From NCBI GenBank assembly GCA_041690595.1, contig JAWLHB010000002.1, forward strand, positions 62,001-126,000: 64,000 bases of DNA, given 5' to 3'. How positions within the stretch are numbered: position 1 is the first letter of the stretch; the number at the start of each line of letters is the position of its first letter. Origin of the DNA: Lentisphaeria bacterium (GTDB lineage: Bacteria; Verrucomicrobiota; Lentisphaeria; JABSQK01; JAWLHB01). The notes under the pieces were generated by a model. The model saw only the letters and a list, made by a program, of their open reading frames with translations, ran no database searches and had not been told where the DNA came from. Below, piece after piece: positions 1 to 9,312 of the stretch. Made by a program: the position numbers and the translations under genes.

Positions 1-1592
1 GGAAGAGCGCCACGGCAGCCAGAAACTCGATCATCGGCTCCTATGTCCCCTACTTGTGGGTCGGGGCGGAGGAACGAGGGCTCTGCGTCTTCGGCGAGAA
101 CGACAGGGGCTGGATCACGAGCACCGATCTCTCCTGCCAGGAGCTGATTCGCCGCGGCGACACACTGGAGCTGGTCCTGCGTCTGATCGCGCAACCGGCA
201 ACCATCGACGCGCCGCGCACCATCGTCATCGCCTTCCAGGCTACTCCGGTGAAGCCAATGCCGGAGGATTGGCGGCTCTGGACCTTCGGTTCCTGGCGTG
301 CGGCGCAGGTGAAAAAGGAAGGGCGCCACCTGGCCTTCTTCGGCTCCTGCTACTATTGGGGCACGGAGACACCATGCCTCGACTGGTACCCGCGCGATGG
401 CGACATGACCTACATGCACAAGCTTGCCGAGACCCGCCGCACCGGCGAAGTGGACAAGGCCTTCGTCGAGGAGTGGCTGACCGGCTTCGAGCATATCTAT
501 GCGACGGCGAAGACCCCCGAGGCGCGCAAGAACCTCGAAACCCTTTATCGCAACCACACCAATGCGGGCTTCCATACGATGAAGGGGCAGCCCGACGTGT
601 TGACCATCTACACCAACGGCCGCGGCGTGCGTTTCGATACTCCAGAAGGCAAGACCTTCCTCGACGAATGGTATCGCGATGCCTATGCCAAGCGGGATTG
701 GGGGCCGCGAGGTGGGGTGGCCTACGATCTGGATCCCGTCGCCAGCTTCCGCGATTACGCCAGCTGGTACATCAAGGTGATGTCCGACATTGTCGTCGAC
801 TCCATCTACTGGGACGACCTCTTCCTGCAGTCAAACTTCGACACCATCGGCACTCCGGCGTATGACCATCCGTCGGGGCAGGTACAACCGTCGGTGGGGC
901 TCTTCAACATGCGGGAATTCGTGCGGCGCACAGCGCGTCTCTACTTGGAGGACGATCGGCCCACGCAAAATATCGTGCACATGACCAATACCGCCATCAC
1001 GCCGGTGCTTTCCTTTGCCCAGCTCAATTATACGTGGGAAGACAAGGCAGGGGCGGCGGATTTCCAGGATCGTTACGACCGCGACTACATCCGCGCCGAG
1101 AGCATCGGCCTGCAGCAGGGCAATGTGCCGATTGCCTTGTGGCTGGTCCGCGGCACGCGGGATGCCGAGCATGAGGCGTGGGTGGAGCGCACCGGCACCG
1201 GCGTTATGCTGGTACACGAAATCAAGACCAGCGGCGCGGGGACGATCTTCTGGGGCACCTATCAGAAGATGGTGGATTATGGCTATGGTCAACCCGGGGT
1301 GGCGGTCTCCCAGTACTGGCGGGCGGATCACCCCGCGAAGGTGGAAGGTTCCGACGCGGTTTCGCTGGTTGTTTCGAAGCCCGACAGCGCCATGATCCTG
1401 GTCTGCGACTATGGCGATGGCGGCGAGCTTGGCTTGACCCTGGCGCGCGAGTCGTTGGGTCTTCAGGGGCCCATCAAGGCCACCGACATGGAGAATGGCG
1501 AGCCACTGACGGTGACGGCCGGCGGTGCGATTCAGTTCCCGCTGAAGAAACATGACTTCAAACTGATCCTGGTGGAACGTGACCAGCCGTAA
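1..1592 (+). CDS. Putative glycoside hydrolase (DUF6067-like), 5' end truncated by window edge
   Basis: Frame is open from base 3 (KSATAARNSIIGSYVPYLWVGAEERGL). Shares YLWxGAEERGL, FxENDRGW, QAxPxKPMPxDWRL, YWD and HxTN motifs with the 12576-15773 protein. Confidence 0.65.
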   Translation, partial: KSATAARNSIIGSYVPYLWVGAEERGLCVFGENDRGWITSTDLSCQELIRRGDTLELVLRLIAQPATIDAPRTIVIAFQATPVKPMPEDWRLWTFGSWRAAQVKKEGRHLAFFGSCYYWGTETPCLDWYPRDGDMTYMHKLAETRRTGEVDKAFVEEWLTGFEHIYATAKTPEARKNLETLYRNHTNAGFHTMKGQPDVLTIYTNGRGVRFDTPEGKTFLDEWYRDAYAKRDWGPRGGVAYDLDPVASFRDYASWYIKVMSDIVVDSIYWDDLFLQSNFDTIGTPAYDHPSGQVQPSVGLFNMREFVRRTARLYLEDDRPTQNIVHMTNTAITPVLSFAQLNYTWEDKAGAADFQDRYDRDYIRAESIGLQQGNVPIALWLVRGTRDAEHEAWVERTGTGVMLVHEIKTSGAGTIFWGTYQKMVDYGYGQPGVAVSQYWRADHPAKVEGSDAVSLVVSKPDSAMILVCDYGDGGELGLTLARESLGLQGPIKATDMENGEPLTVTAGGAIQFPLKKHDFKLILVERDQP

Positions 1593-1605
1593 CGCCAAGC
1601 GACGT

Positions 1606-2370
1606 ATGCGTTGGTTCTGCCTGGGAGCGGCGCTGATGCTCTCGGCACCTCTCAAGGCGCAGGAGTGGGAGAGTCCTCTCGACCGCGTTCTGACGCTCTT
1701 CAACGAAAGCATCGTCTTCCATGCGGGCTTCGAAGGAGACGCCGCACAGGCGAATCTTGCCGCCGGCCGAGGGCTGCCCCTCGCGGTGGAAGGCGAGGTG
1801 AGCTTTGCTGACGGGATCGTCGGCAGCGCGCTGGCCAATGGCGTCGTCACCTTCGAAGGTGGGCGGAACCTCGACTTCTCGATGCCGGGAACGCTGCTGC
1901 TCTGGGTCAGTATCTCGCGGGAGATCAGCCCGCCGGAATCGGAAGGCTATGCATTTCCATTGCGGGCCTATGGCAGCGATGCGTCTATTCCGCATGGAAT
2001 GCTGATGCTGGGCAAGATCGACAAGGCGAACGGCTGTGGGCTCTATGTCCATATCGAAGCCTCGGGCCAGAAGAGCGGCAATGTGCGGGGGCCGGGCACC
2101 CTCGGCTGGCGGGTGGCCGAGTGGCACATGCTCGCCATCACCTGGCGGCAGGGCGTCTATGAACTTAGTACCGACGGTCAGACGCCGGTGCAGCGCAAGG
2201 GGCCCCTGCTCCCTTCGGCGAGCAGCCGCTTCATGCTGGCCGCCCACTCCAACCCCACGTCCAACCTCTCCATCCTGATCGACGAGATGACCGTCTTCGA
2301 TCGTCCGCTCGATGCCGGGGAGATCGCCTGGATCTGGCGCACGATGATGGGTATCGACGATCCGCAATAG
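1606..2370 (+). CDS. Secreted LamG/concanavalin A-like jellyroll domain protein
   Basis: Signal peptide MRWFCLGAALMLSAPLKAQ. LamG-like motifs GTLLLWV, WHMLAITW and IDEMTVFDRPLDAGEI. Confidence 0.7.
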   Translation: MRWFCLGAALMLSAPLKAQEWESPLDRVLTLFNESIVFHAGFEGDAAQANLAAGRGLPLAVEGEVSFADGIVGSALANGVVTFEGGRNLDFSMPGTLLLWVSISREISPPESEGYAFPLRAYGSDASIPHGMLMLGKIDKANGCGLYVHIEASGQKSGNVRGPGTLGWRVAEWHMLAITWRQGVYELSTDGQTPVQRKGPLLPSASSRFMLAAHSNPTSNLSILIDEMTVFDRPLDAGEIAWIWRTMMGIDDPQ

Positions 2371-2474
2371 CGCGGCCTGCCACGTAGCTGTCCCTGCGCC
2401 AAAAGGGGTCGCATTTGACGTTTGACGGGGCATAGTACAGAGCCTGCAACCGATCCCACAAGAAGGCCCTCCGC

Positions 2475-4451
2475 ATGTCAAACATCCGCTCATCCTTGCA
2501 CTCGAAAGGGCCAACCGCCTCCGGCCCGATCATCATCGTCATCGTTGCCATTCTGATGATCGCGTCGGCGGTGTCGCTTTATCTTCTCAGCACCAGAAAC
2601 GAGAACCCGGAGCCACGCTTTCCGAAGCCGGATGTCGTCCCGCCACCGCTGCCCGCTGCCTCCGTGCCGGTGAACGTTCTGGATACCGCACCGATTCTGG
2701 AACTGGGCAGTGAGCCTCTGCCGGAAGGGGTGAGCTGGACGATAGCGGAGATCGGGCAGAGTGCCCTGGCCATCCAGGTGAGCACGCGCGACAAGACGCT
2801 GCGCCTGCGCGTACCGCCAGCTCTCATGCTGACGGTCGTGCGGGATGAGGTGACGCACACGTTCTACACGGCTTCCACCGACGTGAAGGGCGTCTCTCCC
2901 GAGGCGCCGGCCCGGCTGAACGTGGTGCTGCTGCATGAAGCGCTGACGCCGACGCAGCCACTGGAAGCCCCCTACCCCGACGTCACTCTCGAACCGTCGC
3001 CAGAACGCCTGCGTTGCTGGCTCGAGAGTTGCGGCTCTCACCGCGTTTCCTGGATTACGGCGCAAACGGGCCTCTGGGCTCTGGTACATGATGTAACGCT
3101 GGAGCAGTGGCTGCCGCTGGCGGCGACCTTTACGGTCAAGGATGACGCCGCCCTCGCCCGAGCTCGACGCCGCGCCGAACAGCTGCTCGCCACCTGCGAT
3201 GCCGGCGATGTCAGCCCGCTCCTGTTTGCCGATCTGGTGGAAGAACGACGGGCATTGCTGGCGGCGATGGGGCCGGAGCAGAGCGACGGTGCCATCATGC
3301 GGGCGATCGATACGGCTCGCGTCTTCGAGTTCGCCGGCGATCCAGCCGTGACACAGCGCCTGATCGAACTGATGACGACCAGCGAGGCGCCCCTCATCCG
3401 TCGGGTGGCGCTGAATCACCTGGTGGAGATGAAGATGATCGGGGATCAGGCGGCGCTGCGGGCGTTAATGCTCGATGCGCAGGCCCACCTCTACGTGCGC
3501 TTTGCCGCGGCCCATACCCTTTTCCAGCACGGTGATCCGGCTGCCTTCCCCTTCCTGGCGGCCCTGAACCACGATGCGATGCTCGGCCGCTACATCGCCG
3601 GCCCCCTGTCGATTGCCATCGCCAAGCGCAGTCGAACACAGCCGCGGCCGAGCGAATCGCTTGCAGCCTTCTGGGAGCGCGCCATGGGCTGGGAAAAACT
3701 GGAGCTTTCCCCTGCGATGATGGCCGAATTGCGGGCCGCGGTCGAGGCGGTCAAGGAGCAGCAGAGCCCGTGGCTGGACCTCGCGCTCGACCAGTTGGCG
3801 ACAGCAACGTCGCCGAAGGAGCGTCTGGAGGCCGCCGCCGAAGTGGTTCGCTTCCACGAGGAGCCCGCCGCCTTTCACACGATCAAGACATTGACCTATG
3901 ACGAGGATGCCCGGATGCGAATGCTCGCCCTGACCGGCATCGGCAGCTTCCATACCTTTGACCTCGAGTCGTTCTTTCTGGAGCGACTCGACGGCAGTAC
4001 CCCGGACGTTGCCGAGGCTCTGCTGACGATAGCCGCCCACCATTGCGGCAAGTATAACACCGTGATCATCGCGGCCTTGGAACACCCGGAACTGGCGATC
4101 CGTACCCAAGCCATGCGGGCGGTGGCGGCCTGCCGCATAGAGGCTCAGCAGGAGCGGCTGCTGGCAATCGCGCGCGACCACGAGAGTGCCGAAGAACAGG
4201 AGGCCGCCCGGCAAGCCCTGGCCCAGATGCGGAGCAGCCATATCCTGCCCCTGCTGCGGGAGGAGTTGCATAGCAGCGATGCCGGAAAACGGCTTGCCGG
4301 ATTCCGTCAGTTGGCCCGTTGGGGCAACAACCCCGCTGCTCTGGAGTTGCTGGCCGAGTTTCGGAACGATCCAGAGCTGGGACGGATGATTGAGCCGCAC
4401 CTGAGGCGCCATGGGTACCAGCCGCCGCCCCCCCCCGCACCAGCCGAGTAG
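2475..4451 (+). CDS. Membrane-anchored HEAT-repeat protein
   Basis: N-terminal hydrophobic helix. Repeated HEAT-like motifs (IRRVALNHL, VRFAAAHTL, MRMLALTGI, IRTQAMRAV, EQEAARQAL). Confidence 0.7.
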   Translation: MSNIRSSLHSKGPTASGPIIIVIVAILMIASAVSLYLLSTRNENPEPRFPKPDVVPPPLPAASVPVNVLDTAPILELGSEPLPEGVSWTIAEIGQSALAIQVSTRDKTLRLRVPPALMLTVVRDEVTHTFYTASTDVKGVSPEAPARLNVVLLHEALTPTQPLEAPYPDVTLEPSPERLRCWLESCGSHRVSWITAQTGLWALVHDVTLEQWLPLAATFTVKDDAALARARRRAEQLLATCDAGDVSPLLFADLVEERRALLAAMGPEQSDGAIMRAIDTARVFEFAGDPAVTQRLIELMTTSEAPLIRRVALNHLVEMKMIGDQAALRALMLDAQAHLYVRFAAAHTLFQHGDPAAFPFLAALNHDAMLGRYIAGPLSIAIAKRSRTQPRPSESLAAFWERAMGWEKLELSPAMMAELRAAVEAVKEQQSPWLDLALDQLATATSPKERLEAAAEVVRFHEEPAAFHTIKTLTYDEDARMRMLALTGIGSFHTFDLESFFLERLDGSTPDVAEALLTIAAHHCGKYNTVIIAALEHPELAIRTQAMRAVAACRIEAQQERLLAIARDHESAEEQEAARQALAQMRSSHILPLLREELHSSDAGKRLAGFRQLARWGNNPAALELLAEFRNDPELGRMIEPHLRRHGYQPPPPPAPAE

Positions 4452-4511
4452 CCTGACACCATGTCCGATAGTCGATTTCGCCTGAAGAGTTTCCACATCG
4501 GGAGATGAACC

Positions 4512-5597
4512 ATGCCAGAGAATCCAGACCATTGTTTCGCCTACGTCGGCTGCTACGGCAGCGACGGCGCCCCCACGATTCACCTTTTCGAGCTGGACCT
4601 GCGTCATGGCAGCATGCAACTGGTGCAGGAGAACAGTGATGTCGCGCAGGCTTCCTGGCTGGCGCTGCATCCCGGGGGCCGCTTCCTCTACGCGGTCAGC
4701 GAGCGCGGGAATCTGGAGACAAACGAACATGGTGCCGCGGCAGCTTTCCGCCGCGATCCGCGTACCGGGCGCATCGTCTATCTCAATCAGCAGTCGGTGG
4801 GCGACGCAGGGCCGTGTTACATCGCCATTCATCCCTCCGGGCGCTTGGCGGCCCTGGCCAACTACATGGGTGGCAGCCTCACCATCCTGACGGTGCTCGA
4901 CGACGGGACGCTGGGGACAATCCGCGACCGCCGGGTCTACAGCGGCAGCAGCACGCATGCTCGGCGACAGGCTTCGCCGCACGCTCACTCCGCGGTCTTC
5001 TCTCCAGACGGGCGGCATCTCTTCGTGCAGGATCTCGGCACGGATCAGCTGCATCAGTACAGGATCCATCAGGATGGTACACTCCTGGCCAACGATCCCC
5101 CGGCCGTGCGCGTCGAACCCGGCTCTGGGCCACGCCACCTTATCTTCCACCCCAGCCGCCCATTCGCCTACCTCACCCACGAACTCTCCAACACCGTCAG
5201 CGCCTATCGCTACGACGCCGACAGCGGTAAACTGGCGGAGGTGCGGACGCTCTCCATGCTGCCGCCAGGATTCACCGGCCACAGTCAGGCCGCGGACATT
5301 CACATCACCCCCGATGGAGCATACCTCTATGCGTCGAATCGGGGCCATGATTCCCTGATGGCCTGGCGCGTCGATCCGGATTCTGGGCAGCTCGATTCCA
5401 TCGGTGATATTGCGTGCGGCGGCGCAACGCCACGCGGCTTCGCCATCGATCCCAGCGGCCGCTGGCTGCTCGTGGCTCATCAGGAGAGCCATTCGCTGCT
5501 CTCCATGCGCATCGACAGTTCTACAGGCGGGCTCACCCCCTGCGCCTACGTCAACCTCCGCCAGCCCGTCTGCGTCTTGATGACCTTTTCCAGTTAA
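4512..5597 (+). CDS. pgl: 6-phosphogluconolactonase / lactonase family beta-propeller
   Basis: Motifs YAVSE, ANYMGG, PHAHS, DLGTD, GSGPRH, YASNRGHD and TPRGF. RBS GGAGA upstream. Confidence 0.85.
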   Translation: MPENPDHCFAYVGCYGSDGAPTIHLFELDLRHGSMQLVQENSDVAQASWLALHPGGRFLYAVSERGNLETNEHGAAAAFRRDPRTGRIVYLNQQSVGDAGPCYIAIHPSGRLAALANYMGGSLTILTVLDDGTLGTIRDRRVYSGSSTHARRQASPHAHSAVFSPDGRHLFVQDLGTDQLHQYRIHQDGTLLANDPPAVRVEPGSGPRHLIFHPSRPFAYLTHELSNTVSAYRYDADSGKLAEVRTLSMLPPGFTGHSQAADIHITPDGAYLYASNRGHDSLMAWRVDPDSGQLDSIGDIACGGATPRGFAIDPSGRWLLVAHQESHSLLSMRIDSSTGGLTPCAYVNLRQPVCVLMTFSS

Positions 5598-5670
5598 TCC
5601 AGAGTGGCGCAGACGCTGGCCACGATGTATCATAACGTTATTATTTACCTGAGAACCTGGGAGGTATGGA

Positions 5671-6807
5671 ATGGGGATTGTGACAGCCGCCAACGCGGAA
5701 CCGCTGATTGCCAATACGGAAAGCATGCGCTATCGCAGCTTTGGCCGAACTGGGCTGAAGGTCTCCGCCCTGTCTTTTGGCTGCATGCGGCTCAAGGATG
5801 ACGAGGATTACAACCGCACCCTGATTGCGACTGCGATCGACCAGGGAATCAACTACTTCGAAAGCACCCGCTATTACCTTGGTGGCACCTGCCAGCAGCG
5901 GACGGCGCCAGGGTTGGTCGGCAAGACCGCCGGTGTCATCGTCTCCGGTAAGGAAGGGATCAATCCCGATAAGAGTGCCTATCTCTTTCGCCGGGAGATC
6001 GATCGGCAGCTGGATATCCTCGGGCTAAGCCATTTCAAGTTTTTCCAGGTCGGCTGGTTCCGCTGGGAGATGATGCCCCACCTGCTCAAGCGCGGCGGCG
6101 TCCTCCAGGCCATTCGCGAGGCACAGAACGAAGGTCTCATTCAGCATATAGGCTTCACCGGCCACGATACGCCGGAGAACTTTATCAAGTGCATCGAAAC
6201 CGGGCTCTTTGACAGCCTGACCGTCCCCTACAACATGATCAATCGTGCCTATGAGCCGACGATCAAGCGCGCCGGCGAGCTGGGTGTCGGCGTGGTAGCC
6301 ATGTGCCCGGTGGCCGGCGGCGTTCTTGCCTGCGGTTCGGATCGACTCAAGGAAGCGTTAGGAATGGACCTGCCCACCCCCGAGATGGCGCTGCGTTTCG
6401 TCCTGGCCAATCCCGACGTCAGCACTGCCTGCTCCGGCATGAACACCCTCGAACAGCTCGAGCAGAACGTCCGGACTGCCTTTGCCTTCGATCCGCAAAC
6501 CGTGCAGCATGAAGCCATGTGCGAAGGGCTCGACCGCCTGCGCGAGGGACTCGGCGACCAGTTCTGCACAGGCTGCCGCTACTGCATGCCCTGCCCACAG
6601 GGTGTCGATATTCCCTACCACATGGATCTCTACCGCAACTGGATCTGCTTCGGCCTCGAAGAGCATGTCAAGGAGCGCCTCGCCGGCATGCCCGCGGAGA
6701 AGGCTTGGAGCCGGTGCACCGAGTGCGAAGCCTGCGAGGAAGCCTGCCCAAACGAGCTGCACATTACGCAAACGCTCCGTGAACTCGGAAAACTGGCAGC
6801 CAACTGA
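5671..6807 (+). CDS. Aldo/keto reductase with C-terminal 4Fe-4S dicluster domain
   Basis: MRYRSFGRTGLKVSALSFGCMRL and HIGFTGH. C-terminal CTGCRYCMPCP and CTECEACEEACP. True start may be slightly downstream. Confidence 0.85.
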   Translation: MGIVTAANAEPLIANTESMRYRSFGRTGLKVSALSFGCMRLKDDEDYNRTLIATAIDQGINYFESTRYYLGGTCQQRTAPGLVGKTAGVIVSGKEGINPDKSAYLFRREIDRQLDILGLSHFKFFQVGWFRWEMMPHLLKRGGVLQAIREAQNEGLIQHIGFTGHDTPENFIKCIETGLFDSLTVPYNMINRAYEPTIKRAGELGVGVVAMCPVAGGVLACGSDRLKEALGMDLPTPEMALRFVLANPDVSTACSGMNTLEQLEQNVRTAFAFDPQTVQHEAMCEGLDRLREGLGDQFCTGCRYCMPCPQGVDIPYHMDLYRNWICFGLEEHVKERLAGMPAEKAWSRCTECEACEEACPNELHITQTLRELGKLAAN

Positions 6808-6888
6808 AGCAGCGATAGGTTCGTGCGCCAGCTTCCGCGGTTGACGTGGCGGCTGGATTTGTTGCCGCCGATGCGCTATCAGTACCTC

Positions 6889-7245
6889 ATGAACAGGAAC
6901 GTCGAACGTCTATTTCCCTTTACGCGTCGCGCCGGTATTCTCGTCGTTGGTCGGCAGAATTTGCTGCGCGGCAAGAAGCGGCTGCACTTCATCCTCATGA
7001 CGTGCGACATCTCTGACAACAGCCGCCGCGAAATCCTCCACGATTTTGCTGGAATACCCATTGTCCAGTGCTATCACGTCGATGAAATGGAGCAGTTTTT
7101 CGGGCTCCATAACTGCAAGGTACTTGGCTTCAGCCGCTCCAGCCTTGCCGTCTCCATCTTCCGTGAACTCAAGGTGCATCGCGCCGACTGCCAGGAAGTC
7201 ACGCCCGATGACGACATCGAGGATGAGTCTTCCGGGACGGAGTGA
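6889..7245 (+). CDS. L7Ae/L30e-like RNA-binding protein (YlxQ-like)
   Basis: RRAGILVVGRQNL, FILMTCDISDNSR and EQFFGLHNCKVLG resemble the L7Ae family pattern. Start uncertain (6871 or 6889). Confidence 0.6.
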   Translation: MNRNVERLFPFTRRAGILVVGRQNLLRGKKRLHFILMTCDISDNSRREILHDFAGIPIVQCYHVDEMEQFFGLHNCKVLGFSRSSLAVSIFRELKVHRADCQEVTPDDDIEDESSGTE

Positions 7246-7272
7246 AGCGGCGAATGTGGATGCGCCAGCGCC

Positions 7273-7372
7273 GGTCTGCATGCCGAATTGCAGCACCTGG
7301 CATCTGGCGCCACCCCTTGCGCCTCCTCTCCTCGAACTCCTGGAGCTTGCCGGATATAACGTCGTCGACTGA
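7273..7372 (+). pseudogene. Decayed 3' remnant of a third copy of the 7543/8298 paralog family
   Basis: LLELAGYNVVD* aligns with LLADAGYRQDN* and LLVAAGYTLDN*. LHAEL in another frame resembles LHAPL. The same hairpin core follows 23 nt after the stop, as for the 8298 gene. Confidence 0.55.
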
Positions 7373-7392
7373 CGCCCCCGCGGACTGAATCC

Positions 7393-7436
7393 ATAAGGCC
7401 GTACTCCTTCCCATCAGGAGTACGGCCTTATTTGTT
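7393..7436 (+). terminator. Intrinsic terminator
   Basis: Perfect 16-bp stem ATAAGGCCGTACTCCT / AGGAGTACGGCCTTAT, 7-nt loop, T-rich tail. Confidence 0.8.
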
Positions 7437-7473
7437 ATTGCTTTGCTGTATTCATCCTGTATGTTTGTTTCAT

Positions 7474-7490
7474 GTGTACGGACTGTACAC
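7474..7490. promoter_or_regulatory. Candidate operator GTGTAC-N5-GTACAC
   Basis: Perfect 6-bp inverted repeat in the AT-rich region upstream of the 7543 gene. Confidence 0.35.
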
Positions 7491-7542
7491 GAAATATGTT
7501 TCTGATCCAAGCTTAGAAAGAATCTACCATGGGAGAGGAAAG

Positions 7543-8184
7543 ATGTGTAAATTTCTGAGCAGTCTGCTGGGCTTCTTCATGATGACCGGCGCTTACTCGC
7601 AGGTGTTGGTTTATCAGGGGAATATGCGCGGCTCGATAGTTGGCTTCGGCGAGACGTTTCCCATGACCATGGACTTCTACATGATGCGGGATATGGCCAA
7701 TGACAACATCTATCTTTCTACGGTCTGGCAACAGAATGGCGAGAAGTTCGTGCAACCGGAATTGATACCCCATCAGACTGCCGCCAGCTTCTTCGATCTG
7801 GGCCCCAATACGGCGGATATTGTGGTTCTCGATGGTGGAAATCGCAAGATGGAATCCTTGCGACTGCGTATCGGCGAGCCAAGCATCCAGATCGACCGTC
7901 CAGTCGTGCGCATGCAGGGTACGACCCAGGGGAACCAGGTGGCGCAGCCTGTCAGAATCGGCACTGCCGATCAAAGCACATGGAGCTTCGCCCCCGCGCA
8001 TGTCGGCACCATCATCGTCGAGCACTACTATTCTGGCGATCATGCCCTTGGTCTTCTCAATTTCTCGACCCGACTGCATGCTCCGCTCACCTTGCGTCTC
8101 AATCAGCAGGGACTGTCAGGAGAAGCTGCCGCGAACGAGATCCTCTCCCTTCTTGCCGACGCCGGCTACAGGCAGGATAACTGA
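7543..8184 (+). CDS. Secreted hypothetical protein, paralog A
   Basis: RBS GGAGAGG, signal peptide ending AYS-Q, colinear with the next gene. Confidence 0.8.
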   Translation: MCKFLSSLLGFFMMTGAYSQVLVYQGNMRGSIVGFGETFPMTMDFYMMRDMANDNIYLSTVWQQNGEKFVQPELIPHQTAASFFDLGPNTADIVVLDGGNRKMESLRLRIGEPSIQIDRPVVRMQGTTQGNQVAQPVRIGTADQSTWSFAPAHVGTIIVEHYYSGDHALGLLNFSTRLHAPLTLRLNQQGLSGEAAANEILSLLADAGYRQDN

Positions 8185-8297
8185 CTGCTGATGCGACGCG
8201 GCAGAAGGGGCACTGCATCATGCTCCACGCTGGCATGATCCATGCGAAGTGGCGCGCTTCCGTTCCGATATTCTATCACCAAAGAGGGAGAAAGAAA

Positions 8298-8918
8298 ATG
8301 GGGAAACTGTTGACGAGTCTAGTGGGGTTCTTCATCGTGGTCAGCGCATACTCGCAGGTGCTGGTCTATCAAGGAAGCATGCGCGGCACCATGATCGGAG
8401 CCGGCGAAACGGCTTTTTTGCCTTTCAACTTCTACCTGATGCGAGACATGAGCAATGACGACATCTATCTGTACTTGATCTGGCAAGACGATGGCGAGAA
8501 GCAAGTGGAGGCAACCTACCTGCCCAATCAGGCTGCCATCACCTTCTTCGATCTCGAACCCCAGACGTCGGATGTCGTGGTTCTTGATGGTGGCAACCGT
8601 AAGATCGAATCCCTGCGTCTGCGCATCGGCGGCATGGGAATGCGCCTGCAGGGTACAACCCAGGGGCCGCAGTTGGCGCAGCCTCTGAAGATCGGCACTG
8701 GCGACCAGAGCACGTGGAGCATCGCCCCCGCACATAATGGCACCATGTATCTTGAGATGACTTTCTCAGAGGAGCATGTCCTGGCTATTCTCAGTTTCTC
8801 CACCCGGTTGCACGCTCCGCTCACCATGAGTCTCAATCAGCAGGGGCTGTCGGGTGAAGCCGCCGCTGACGAGATCATCGCCCTGCTTGTCGCCGCTGGA
8901 TACACCCTGGATAACTGA
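8298..8918 (+). CDS. Secreted hypothetical protein, paralog B
   Basis: RBS GAGGGAG. Shares AYSQVLVYQG, MRDMxND, VVLDGGNRKxESLRLRIG, DQSTWS and FSTRLHAPLT with paralog A. Confidence 0.8.
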   Translation: MGKLLTSLVGFFIVVSAYSQVLVYQGSMRGTMIGAGETAFLPFNFYLMRDMSNDDIYLYLIWQDDGEKQVEATYLPNQAAITFFDLEPQTSDVVVLDGGNRKIESLRLRIGGMGMRLQGTTQGPQLAQPLKIGTGDQSTWSIAPAHNGTMYLEMTFSEEHVLAILSFSTRLHAPLTMSLNQQGLSGEAAADEIIALLVAAGYTLDN

Positions 8919-8941
8919 TCCTCAACCTCGGCTTCGTCTTC

Positions 8942-8978
8942 AGGCCGTACCCTCGAAACAGGGTACGGCCTATTTTTT
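8942..8978 (+). terminator. Intrinsic terminator
   Basis: 12-bp stem AGGCCGTACCCT / AGGGTACGGCCT followed by ATTTTTT. Confidence 0.85.
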
Positions 8979-9064
8979 GGCCCAAGGCCAGGACGTTCTG
9001 CCATTTGGCCTGCCGTAGCTCTCCGCCTACACAGCTTGTGGGCTTAATCGTACACGATAATCGG

Positions 9065-9198
9065 CATGAACCGACAACAAGGGGATTCCCTGCCGGCTAT
9101 GGTATGAAAGAGCGATACTTCAAAAGGCTCATTCCTCAAGTTCTCCCGTAGCCGGCTTCACACGCATTCTCGCACGTGCCTGTGAGGCCGGCTTTTTT
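9065..9198 (+). ncRNA. Candidate small RNA or attenuator ending in an intrinsic terminator
   Basis: GATAAT at 9056-9061. Terminator stem 9150-9162 / 9181-9193 plus T6. Alternative pairing of 9092-9102 with 9146-9156. No credible ORF. Confidence 0.35.
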
Positions 9199-9249
9199 GC
9201 GGCTCGCCCGATCCGCCTGTTCCCCTGTGGCAGAATCTCAAGCTTCCTC

Positions 9250-9292
9250 TTGCATCACAGTTGTCGGGCGACTATAATTGGACTAACCACTT
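9250..9292 (+). promoter_or_regulatory. Sigma70-type promoter with possible GntR-type operator
   Basis: TTGCAT (9250-9255) - 17 bp - TATAAT (9273-9278). TGGACTAACCA, an imperfect palindrome, lies over the expected transcription start. Confidence 0.7.
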
Positions 9293-9312
9293 ATCATCTG
9301 GAGCGTCCATTG

